From Anaerolineae bacterium (lineage in GTDB: Bacteria; Chloroflexota; Anaerolineae; S140-20), in contig JALUTT010000046.1 of NCBI GenBank assembly GCA_027021705.1, positions 1 to 13,492 on the forward strand: a stretch of DNA of 13,492 bases, given 5' to 3'. Both the position numbers and the translations under genes were made by a program. How positions within the stretch are numbered: position 1 is the first letter of the stretch; each line of letters opens with the position of its first letter. Below the pieces are notes generated by a model that made no database searches, was not told the origin of the DNA, and saw only the letters and a list, made by a program, of their open reading frames with translations. Shown one piece after another: positions 1 to 7,700 of the stretch.

Positions 1-2
1 CC

Positions 3-137
3 TCAAGTCCCGAAAAGTGGCCTGAAGGGGCCTTCTCGGCTCGGTTGTTGCGTTATGAAGGTGCTTCATCACCCCGGCCCGCAAACCGGGGATGGGGCCT
101 TATTGTCTCTTGTTGTCAAAAGTCCAAAAAGGAGTGA
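3..137 (+). CDS. Possible 3' end of an upstream CDS, truncated at the window start; cmr3 is the positional candidate
   Basis: Frame 3 is open from base 3 to TGA at 135-137 (SSPEKWPEGAFSARLLRYEGASSPRPANRGWGLIVSCCQKSKKE*). The stop overlaps the cmr4 RBS (AAGGAGTGA). RGWGLIV resembles the C-terminal G[FWY]G loop of Cmr3, which normally precedes cmr4. The segment could instead be structured non-coding DNA (see findings). Confidence 0.35.
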   Translation, partial: SSPEKWPEGAFSARLLRYEGASSPRPANRGWGLIVSCCQKSKKE

Positions 138-142
138 TTCCC

Positions 143-1015
143 ATGAATGCCAAACTGCTTTTCCTGCACGCACTCTCTCCCTTGCACGCAGGCACCGGCC
201 AGGGTGTTGGTGCGATTGATCTGCCTATCGCGCGGGAGAAGGGAACTGACATCCCCATCGTGCCTGGATCGAGTGTGAAAGGTGTGCTGCGCGATGCCTG
301 CGATGTCTCTAAGCGCACCCGCATCTTCGGCCCGGATACTGCCAACGCTGCTGCTCACGCTGGGGCGATTCAGATTTCCGACTTGCGTATGGTGGCGCTG
401 CCCGTGCGCAGCTTAGCAGGCGTCTTCGCATGGGTGACGTCACCACTGCTACTCCAACGTCTATCCCGCGATGCCCAGATGGCTGGGCACGAAAGCCTGC
501 CTTCCACACCCTGGATCAGTGATACTGCAGGATGCTGCGTAGCCAGCCAGAGCGCGTTGAGACTCTCTTCTGGAGATGTGGTATTGGAAGATGTAAAGCT
601 CACGCCCACCGATGAAAACGCTGATGGCTGGGCCGAGTGGCTAGCCAGAGCAGTTTTCGAGGATGACTGGCAAGAGGCTTTCAAAGCACGCCTCTGTATA
701 GTGCACGATGACGTTATGTCTTTTCTGTTGCAAACCGGCACAGAGGTAACGGCACGCATTCGCCTGCAGGATGAGAAGAAAACTGTCGCCAAAGGAGCCC
801 TGTGGTACGAAGAAGCGCTGCCCACTGAAAGCTTACTCGTAGGTCTGGTAGTAGCTGCCCCAGTGCAAGTGAACAACTCTGTCGTCCAGCCAGAGGAAGT
901 CTTCGAAACCGTAGCCCAACTGGTCCAGAGACCACTCCAGATCGGCGGCAATGCCACCGTCGGGCGCGGCATCTGCTGTCTGCGTATGGTGGAGGTGAAC
1001 AATGCTAACGCTTGA
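143..1015 (+). CDS. cmr4: Type III-B CRISPR RAMP backbone/RNase subunit Cmr4 (Cas7 family), 290 aa
   Basis: N-terminal LHALSPLHAGTGQGVGAIDLPIAREKGT..P.VPGSSVKGVLR, then LPVRSLAGVFAWVTSP, GALWYEEALP.ESL and the C-terminal G-rich loop LQIGGNATVGRG. The catalytic Asp in IDLP is intact. Start moved from 92 to the ATG at 143 because RBS AAGGAG lies at 129-134. Confidence 0.96.
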   Translation: MNAKLLFLHALSPLHAGTGQGVGAIDLPIAREKGTDIPIVPGSSVKGVLRDACDVSKRTRIFGPDTANAAAHAGAIQISDLRMVALPVRSLAGVFAWVTSPLLLQRLSRDAQMAGHESLPSTPWISDTAGCCVASQSALRLSSGDVVLEDVKLTPTDENADGWAEWLARAVFEDDWQEAFKARLCIVHDDVMSFLLQTGTEVTARIRLQDEKKTVAKGALWYEEALPTESLLVGLVVAAPVQVNNSVVQPEEVFETVAQLVQRPLQIGGNATVGRGICCLRMVEVNNANA

Positions 1016-1379
1016 ACAACAATTCGCCCGAACAATTTACGCACAGATAGCCCGGATTGAACCAAAGTCACAGCAGGCTAAAGAGTACGGCAGCATGGCA
1101 CACAAGCTGCCCGTACTGATTCGCCAGGCCGGACTAGCACAAGCGTTAGCCTATGTCTCAGCACGCGGGAAACCGGGGGCGAAGCAATTGCTGGATGATC
1201 TGGCCATGACCCTCGGGCTTGAGGGAGGTAATCGGGGAGAACAGTTACTTGCCCGAAGCCGTGAAGCGAGCCTACTTGACTATATGCGTCTGACCCGAGA
1301 GGCAATCATAGCACTCACCTGGTACAAACGCTTTGCCCAGTCAATGCTGGGTATCGGGCCTACAGAGAAGGGAGACTGA
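1002..1379 (+). CDS. cmr5: Type III-B small subunit Cmr5 (Cas11), 125 aa
   Basis: Helical protein with YGSMAHKLPVLIRQAGLAQALAY and Y..LTREA..AL.WYKRFAQS signatures. It overlaps cmr4 by 14 bp, has RBS GGAGGTG at 991-997, and sits in the expected position between cmr4 and cmr6. Confidence 0.95.
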   Translation: MLTLEQQFARTIYAQIARIEPKSQQAKEYGSMAHKLPVLIRQAGLAQALAYVSARGKPGAKQLLDDLAMTLGLEGGNRGEQLLARSREASLLDYMRLTREAIIALTWYKRFAQSMLGIGPTEKGD

Positions 1380-1381
1380 CT

Positions 1382-2419
1382 ATGCAAGCACGACGAAACG
1401 ACCTGCGTGGTATTCAACTAGAAAAGCCTCTGCTTCCCCACACAAGTCTCTGGTTAGACAAATTTCTGCCTGAGCAGAGCGAACAGGGTGGAAACAACGT
1501 CTACAAGCCACACTTTAAACAAGCGACCACCATTCCTATCTCTCCGCTCTACCACGACTTCTATGCACGCTGGCAGGCCATGCTCGACACCGTAAGCGCA
1601 CACATAGCCATCGCCACTGCGCGCGGCCGTCTTGTTGTCGGCCTAGGGGCAGACAGCGTGCTCGAAAATGCCATCACTCTACACCGCACTTACGGCGCGC
1701 CCTACATCCCAGGGAGCGCCTTGAAGGGACTGGCAGCACACTACGCTCATAACCACCTCGATCATCCGGATTGGCGGAAAGGCGGCCAAGCGCACAAGAT
1801 CCTTTTCGGCGATACTACCTCATCGGGATACATGACGTTCCTCGACGCGCTCTATGTGCCCAAAAGCGCACCAGACGACAGACCACTGGTGATCGACGTG
1901 GTGGCTGTGCACCATCCCGAATACTACCGTGGCGAAGGCAAACCTCCTGCTGACTGGGACAGTCCCAATCCCGTGCCTTTCGTGAGCGCCCGTGGAAAGT
2001 TTCTGATGGCCTTAGTCGGACCAGATGAATGGGCAGAGGCCACTTTCCAAATCCTGGCGCTGGCGCTTGGCGAGATCGGAATTGGTGCAAAGACTTCCAA
2101 TGGATACGGGCGGATGGAACTGGAAATCCTGGGAGACCAGAGAGGAGAAGAGCAATTCGGCTCAACGTCAAAATATAATGAAGTGGAACGCTTTCGCCAA
2201 TGGCTAGCAAATATGGCAATCAAGGATGTAGCTGGACAAATCCACGGTGTTTATGAAGCGTGGAAGAGCCTCGAAGCTGCCCCAGAAGTCAAGAGAGCAA
2301 TCGCGCAAGCTATTCTGGACAAGATTGAGGAAGCAAAGCGAACAAAGAAAACGTCAAAGAAAGCATGGTATCAGGAACTGGTTGCCTTTGTAAAGAGTAC
2401 CTCGATAGATGGGGAGTAA
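1382..2419 (+). CDS. cmr6: Type III-B RAMP subunit Cmr6, 345 aa, with a ~95-aa helical C-terminal extension
   Basis: Motifs RLVVGLG..SVLENAITLHRTYGAPYIPGSALKG, FLDAL, DV...HHPEYY, PPADWDSPNPVPF and GIGAKTSNGYGRM. Starts 2 bp after the cmr5 stop. Confidence 0.96.
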   Translation: MQARRNDLRGIQLEKPLLPHTSLWLDKFLPEQSEQGGNNVYKPHFKQATTIPISPLYHDFYARWQAMLDTVSAHIAIATARGRLVVGLGADSVLENAITLHRTYGAPYIPGSALKGLAAHYAHNHLDHPDWRKGGQAHKILFGDTTSSGYMTFLDALYVPKSAPDDRPLVIDVVAVHHPEYYRGEGKPPADWDSPNPVPFVSARGKFLMALVGPDEWAEATFQILALALGEIGIGAKTSNGYGRMELEILGDQRGEEQFGSTSKYNEVERFRQWLANMAIKDVAGQIHGVYEAWKSLEAAPEVKRAIAQAILDKIEEAKRTKKTSKKAWYQELVAFVKSTSIDGE

Positions 2420-2426
2420 CTGACCA

Positions 2427-2533
2427 TTGAGCTTGCATTTCGCAGCTTAAGAACCATACGTCAAGGACCGAATAGAGTGAACGACTCTTCCACCTGCTCC
2501 CCAATGTGCAAATATGGTGATATGCAAGCCCAA
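2427..2533. repeat. Imperfect 17-bp inverted repeat bracketing the cmr6-card1 intergenic region
   Basis: TTGAGCTTGCATTTCGC (2427-2443) versus GTGATATGCAAGCCCAA (2517-2533): 14/17 identical to the reverse complement, with a perfect core GCTTGCAT/ATGCAAGC. An internal hairpin AGAGT-gaacg-ACTCT lies at 2474-2488. Confidence 0.45.
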
Positions 2534-2567
2534 AACCTATGTATATGTGCTCAGGGAGGTTCTTCTA

Positions 2568-3455
2568 ATGAAAACGATGATCTTGCTAGTCGGTGAACAG
2601 CCTGTGCCCAACTTATTGCCCGTACATCGTATTCGTCCTGATGCTGTTGTCCTCGTCTACACACCGCTTACTAAGCAAAGGGCGCAGAATCTAAAGAAAG
2701 TAATTGCCGTAGACCAATGTTATATGTGCGAGGTAGATCCTTACACAGTTCCAATAACACAGAAACAGCTTGAGCAGTTCCTCCAAGAAAAATGCTCTGA
2801 CCACACCCTGGTCTTTAACGTCACCGGAGGCACAAAACCAATGGCCTTTGCGGCTTTCTCGATTGCACAAAAGCACAATGCTCCGTTGGTATATCTACAG
2901 ACCCAAGAAGAGCAAAGTCTATTGTACGAATATGAGGTTGACAATTGTTCCCTGCGCTTAAAGGCCGGTACACCTATTTCTCTGCCACCATCAGTCACCA
3001 TTAAGGATTATCTCACTCTCTATCTAGGGGATTACCAAGTTGCAGGGTTCGAGAACGAGTTTGAGAAGGCCGTATACAATGCCTTGCAGCCTTATGTGGA
3101 TGAAATCCTGGCAGGAGTAAGGAAAGGAGGAGCACTACAAATTGATCTAGTGATTCGATGTGGCAATAGAGTGGGTATAGCCGAGGTCAAGACTGGCGGG
3201 AAAGCTGGAAAAAAGGAGGGAATAGATCAATTGAACACCGCTGGTGGACGAGAGTTTCTTGGTATATACACAAAAAAGTTTTTAATTGTGGATAGACCTT
3301 GGGACACCCTCTCTAATCTGCGTGAGTTGGCCGAAGCGCGAAGCATCACTGTTGTCGAGGTTCCTAGTTATGGAAAGAGAAAGGAGATTTCGGAGGAAGA
3401 CCAGAGGGTATTGGTTGAGAGAATCCAACAGGTCCTACGGTGCTCCAGGGACTAA
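2568..3455 (+). CDS. card1: CRISPR ancillary nuclease of the Card1/Can2 (DUF1887) type: N-terminal CARF domain plus C-terminal PD-(D/E)xK restriction-endonuclease-like domain, 295 aa
   Basis: CARF strand-1 motif MILLVGEQPVPNLLP and motif II FNVTGGTKPM (TGGTK at 2823-2837). Nuclease motifs FE..FEKAV, QIDLVI and IAEVKTG (E-x-K at 3183-3191). RBS GGGAGGT at 2554-2560 supports the ATG at 2568 rather than 2514. Lies directly downstream of cmr6. Confidence 0.85.
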   Translation: MKTMILLVGEQPVPNLLPVHRIRPDAVVLVYTPLTKQRAQNLKKVIAVDQCYMCEVDPYTVPITQKQLEQFLQEKCSDHTLVFNVTGGTKPMAFAAFSIAQKHNAPLVYLQTQEEQSLLYEYEVDNCSLRLKAGTPISLPPSVTIKDYLTLYLGDYQVAGFENEFEKAVYNALQPYVDEILAGVRKGGALQIDLVIRCGNRVGIAEVKTGGKAGKKEGIDQLNTAGGREFLGIYTKKFLIVDRPWDTLSNLRELAEARSITVVEVPSYGKRKEISEEDQRVLVERIQQVLRCSRD

Positions 3456-3499
3456 CACTGCCCCATCAGCGTCAGACCCCCTGCTTCCCCTGCCAATTG

Positions 3500-3540
3500 C
3501 CTTAGATCTCCGAGGTCTGCGAGACCTCGGAGATCTGAGG
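3500..3540. repeat. Perfect palindrome, REP-like extragenic element
   Basis: AGATCTCCGAGGTCT (3504-3518) - GCG - AGACCTCGGAGATCT (3522-3536) is a perfect 15-bp inverted repeat, extendable to 3500/3540 with one G:T pair. It is intergenic and has no U-tail. Confidence 0.8.
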
Positions 3541-3569
3541 TGCAAGCCACCATCAGGAGGACACAGGAT

Positions 3570-4421
3570 ATGCTGAATTTAGAAGCTCTCCAGGTCATTG
3601 ATCGGGTCGAGGCGGAGGACGGTACGGTCGTTGAGGTCGTCCAGTACCCCGAACTCAAGGGCTCCGCCGACGTTCGCACGGCGGAGGTCCTCTTCTTCGC
3701 CAACCAGAGCGGGATGCGCCTGAAGATGGTCCGCATCCGGCTGAACGGCTCCTCCGTCCGGGTCGAACCGGGGGCCCTCTACTTTATGAAAGGCAATCTT
3801 ACGATGAAAGCCAGCACCGGAGGCGGGCTGCTCAAGGGGCTGGCCCGCAAGATGGTCTCAGGAGAGACCTTCTTCGTGAACGAAATCCACGGCCGGGGAG
3901 AGGTCTACCTGGAGCCCACCTTCGGCCACTTCCTCCTCCACCACATCAGCAAAAAAGAGGGCGGGGTGATTGTAGATCAGGGACTCTTCTTCGCCGGGAC
4001 GGCCGGGCTCGACATCTCGGCCGTGGCCCAGAAACACCTCTCCTCCGCCCTCTTCGGCGGCGAAGGGCTCTTCCAGACGCGGATCGCCGGCTCGGGGGTG
4101 GCCGTGCTCTACTCCCCCGTCCCCAAAGAAGAAGTGATCCGCTACGAACTCGCCGGCGACCGGCTGGCAGTAGATGGGAACTTCGCCCTGATGCGCAGTG
4201 AGAAGGTCGCCTTCAAAGTGGAGAAGAGCAGCAAGAGCTGGATCTCCACTGCCGTCTCCGAGGAAGGGTTCCTCCAGGTCTTCGAGGGCACCGGATCCGT
4301 CTGGATCGCCCCGACGCAGGGGATCTACGAGAAGCTGGCCCGTCCGGAGGGGTTGCGGGCGCTGGCCGGGCCGCCGGGGTCCATCCAAACCCAGACAAAG
4401 AGCTCGTCGAAGAAACGGTGA
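3570..4421 (+). CDS. AIM24 family protein (DUF124/TIGR00266-like, TRAP-like beta fold), 283 aa
   Basis: Three beta-rich repeats with family-type motifs: VRVEPGALYFMKG, RKMVSGETFFVNEIHGRGEVYLEPTFGHF, LFGGEGLFQTRIAGSG, LAVDGNFALMRS..V.FKVEKS and SEEGFLQVFEGTGSVWIAPT. RBS AGGAGG at 3555-3560 supports the ATG at 3570. Confidence 0.88.
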   Translation: MLNLEALQVIDRVEAEDGTVVEVVQYPELKGSADVRTAEVLFFANQSGMRLKMVRIRLNGSSVRVEPGALYFMKGNLTMKASTGGGLLKGLARKMVSGETFFVNEIHGRGEVYLEPTFGHFLLHHISKKEGGVIVDQGLFFAGTAGLDISAVAQKHLSSALFGGEGLFQTRIAGSGVAVLYSPVPKEEVIRYELAGDRLAVDGNFALMRSEKVAFKVEKSSKSWISTAVSEEGFLQVFEGTGSVWIAPTQGIYEKLARPEGLRALAGPPGSIQTQTKSSSKKR

Positions 4422-4455
4422 GCCTGCATTCCCCTGCCGTTAAAGGACCTTCTCT

Positions 4456-4523
4456 GCCGCCGAGACGCCGAGGGCGCAGAGGAATCTCCGGGTTCTCTCG
4501 GCGTTCTCCGCGCCTCGGCGGTG
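4456..4523. repeat. Imperfect long hairpin built of CGCNGAG 9-mer units (REP-like element); may also act as a terminator or stabiliser after the AIM24 gene
   Basis: Left arm GCCGCCGAGACGCCGAGGGCGCAGAG (4456-4481) pairs with right arm CTCTCGGCGTTCTCCGCGCCTCGGCGGTG (4495-4523). Each arm has three CGC[ACG]GAG units at 9-nt spacing. Confidence 0.7.
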
Positions 4524-4647
4524 GAAAGAGCGCCGTCGAGCGGGCCGGCCCGATAAGGGAGAACCGCCCACGCCAAGCAGCCAAGGCCCTCCTATCCTCG
4601 GCCCGACCTCGAAATGCAGGACGCAGAGAAACACCGAGCAAGACCAC

Positions 4648-4683
4648 ACCCCCACGGATGTGGGGGTATCGTTGTGGTACAAT
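4648..4683 (+). promoter_or_regulatory. Putative extended -10 sigma70 promoter for the DruH-like/DruE-like/CARF operon, with a palindromic operator over the -35 region
   Basis: TG-G-TACAAT at 4675-4683, about 105 bp upstream of the ATG at 4788. A perfect 8-bp inverted repeat ACCCCCAC-ggat-GTGGGGGT (4648-4667) covers the position where -35 would fall. Confidence 0.5.
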
Positions 4684-4787
4684 AGCAGAGAAGTCTCTCG
4701 GAGCGGAGCAGCGGGCGGCCGACCGCTCATCCGTCCTCACGCCTAGCGGCGAAGCGTCGTATCGGCAATCTGTCGAGGTGATGGAAG

Positions 4788-7700
4788 ATGGCAAACAACA
4801 ATCCCCCCCAATCCCTGGACGACTGGGAGCGCGAGCTCCGGCCCCGTATGGACCGCATCGAGCTGATCGGCGAACTGGACCTGTCGGAAGCAGAGACGGC
4901 CGCTATCGGCGACCATATTCGGACACGGATCCGCGTTTTGGGCGCCCGACGGGCCACCCGGCAACTCCGGGAGCGCTACCCCTGCACCTTCGTCACCTAC
5001 CTCGTCTTCCAAGGCATCTACGGTTACGAAAGCGGCGACTACTGGTCCGCCGTCTGTCGGGCCACCGGGCTCCCCGACGATCCCAACCACACCCGGGAGT
5101 GGGGCTGGCTTTTCGAGACGATTGTGAAGAAGCTGGGGCTGTACCACGAATTCCCCGGCCACCGCTACGTGGGGGCCATCCTGGGACACGGCGGCATCCC
5201 CAAAGCCTCCCTTCCCGATTTCTTCGAGCACATGCTCCAGCCCTCCGTCACCAAGCCGGAGTTGGCCGGCCTCCCCACGCCGGAACTCATCTCCGAGTGG
5301 GTAACCCGCTCACCCCGTCACTTCGTGGACAAACCCGTGCTCCGCTTCCTGGAGCGCGGGGAGCGGGTGGCCGAGGAGTTCGTCGAGCGGTGCCGCCGGA
5401 TGGCTGCCGACACTTTGGAGAAAGGGGAGGTGCCATCCGCAACAGAGGTTGGGCTCCCCACCTTCGTCGTAGAGCACTATCGGCGATGGGTAGAGGCTCC
5501 CCATCGGCCGGAGCTCAAATCTACGACCGGACCGCGCTGGCGCCGTCCCCGCCTCTTTCTGGACCCGTGGGGCGACGGCGTTCAGATTCACCTCCCTGCT
5601 CAGCAAATCCCCGAGGCGTCAAAGGGGGCGGAGGTGCGATGGGAGGTGCAGATGGGGGAAACGGTTCCCCCACAGCTCGTGCCCGTCCGGCTCCGGCCGA
5701 CAGAGCGGGGTTGGGAGACCGAGGAGGTCTTCCTTCGCCTCCCGCACCCCGCGCCAACATACCGCTGCCGGCTCCTCGTGGGCGACCAGCCCCAGCGCGA
5801 GTGGTCCCTCAGAGGGCCGGATGACGACCATCCGTGGCTCGCCTTCGACGCCGAGGCCGGCCGCCAGTTGAACTCCCGAACGCGCCTGCCGGCCCGCCCC
5901 CTCTGGCTCCTGATCGCACCGGAGGTGACCCTGGAGGCTGTGCCGCCCAACCCCCTCTTCATCCGAGAGCGGCTGCCGGAGCTTCCCGGAGGCTGGTACG
6001 GGTGGCAAGCCTACGAGGTGGACCTGGCGCGTGTTACCTCGCTCATCCTGCACTCCCCCCAAGGAAATCCGAGGGTCTCCGTGCGTCAGGAGGCCACACC
6101 CCTCCGGCTCAAGCTGGTAGGCGGCAGACGGTGGTCTCCCCCCGACGCAACCGTTCCCCTTTACAGCGGCGAGCCCCCTCGCCTGCGCATCCCGTGGGTG
6201 CAAGATGCCGATCCCCGTCAGCTCTCCCGCTGGCGCCTCGAACTCCGGCCCGAGGGGAGGGCTCTGCCTGCTGAGCCCGTGCAGACCACCTTCGAGGCAT
6301 TGGCCGACCGGTTGACCTCGACGCCATCCTCCGGGAAGCCCGCGTCTCAGAGAGCGCTGGAGCTCCCCCTGACCCATCTGTTGGGGGAGCGCCCCATAGG
6401 ACGGTATCGCTTGCGTCTGCGCGATCCACGGGGCCGCAGCGCCACCCTGCGCTTCGGCATCGTGCCCTATCTGCGCATCACCGGCCACGAGCCCCTCTAC
6501 CTGCCCGATCCCCAACAGGGCGGCCCCCGGGTATCGCTTGTCGTGGAGACCGATGCCTGGACGAAGGCAGAACTCCGATCCCCAAACCCCGATCTGGGCT
6601 TAACCCTGGTGGACCGTGGTAAGGGAACCCACCGCTATCAGGTGAAACTGCCCCCCGACTGCACGGAGATTTCCCTGCGCTTGGTACGTCGCCTTCCCCA
6701 AGAAGACTCGGTTTCCTTCTCCCTGCGGATTCCCATCCACCGCCTGCGCTGGCAGTTGGTCCTCCACCCGGACTCGGCCGTCTCCTCTCCCTGGCGCGAT
6801 CGGACGGTCTCCGTCGGCCTGGATGAGTTGGCGCAGAGCGCCTCGCCCTACTTGCTGGTGGACCTCCCCGGCCCGGGGATGGGAGCCCGCCTGCGGCTGC
6901 ACCTGCTGGACGCCGACGACACCCTCCTCTCTCTGCCAGAGGTCCCCCAATCATCCCGCCGTCCGTCCCGCTCCCGCCGCTTCGACCTCCGCCTGGTCCA
7001 GGACACGCTGCGCCAATCCCGGTCGCCGGCGATCCGGGGTGAGCTGATCATCGAGGGGCTGCCGGATCGGGAGGGGCCGGTGACGCTGCCGGTGCTGCAC
7101 TTCGCCCGCGGCATCCACGTGGACCGGGTGCGCGTCACGCGCCGGCAGGAAGGGGGGAAGACTTACGTGGACCTGGCCTGGGAGCCGGAGGTTCCCCTGA
7201 ACAAGCGCCGCGTCCGCCTCTGGCCGCTGACCCGCCCCTGGGCGAAACCGGTGTCCGTCCCCATCCCCGACGCGGCCCGATCCCGACATACCTTCTCGAC
7301 CGAGGATGAGGTCCTGCCGGCGGGGGAGTACCTGGTGGAGTTCACCGTGGATGATCCCTGGGCTCCCCGGCCGGCGCCGGAGCGACCTCCCTCCACCGAC
7401 GATGGGGGCCTCCGCGTCCGCTTGGGGACCTTGGAGGAGCGGCTGGCTTGGCTCGACGCGGCCATCGCCCGCGAGGGGGAGCGCTTCGACTACCTGGGCG
7501 AGCAAGCTTTGCTGTGGCAGGCTCTGGGCGACGAGGCTCAGGTCGCCCAGACCTTACGACGCTGCCTGGCCCGAGCCAAGGATGCCCCAGCAGACCAGGT
7601 GATCGCTCTGGCCGGCGCGTTCAACGATCATTCCATCGCTGATGCCCTCCGATCAGGCCTCTATCAACCACACCGGATCTGCGCTGTGCGAGAAGCCCGC

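Noticed and set aside
92..142. Upstream ORF-track starts (92 for cmr4; likewise 2514, 3540 and 8416)
   Set aside because: In each case a clear Shine-Dalgarno sequence precedes a downstream ATG (143, 2568, 3570, 8470); for cmr4 and card1 the family motif begins right at that ATG.
370..1071. 233-aa minus-strand ORF
   Set aside because: Antisense to cmr4, Ser/Thr-rich shadow translation, no motif.
3500..3540. Palindrome as a Rho-independent terminator for card1
   Set aside because: There is no U-rich tail on either strand, so it fits a REP-like element better.
4418..5824. 468-aa + strand ORF overlapping the intergenic region and the start of the 1220-aa gene
   Set aside because: Arg/Pro/Gly-rich low-complexity product typical of a shadow frame in high-GC DNA. 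It runs through the REP hairpin and promoter and overlaps a better-supported CDS.
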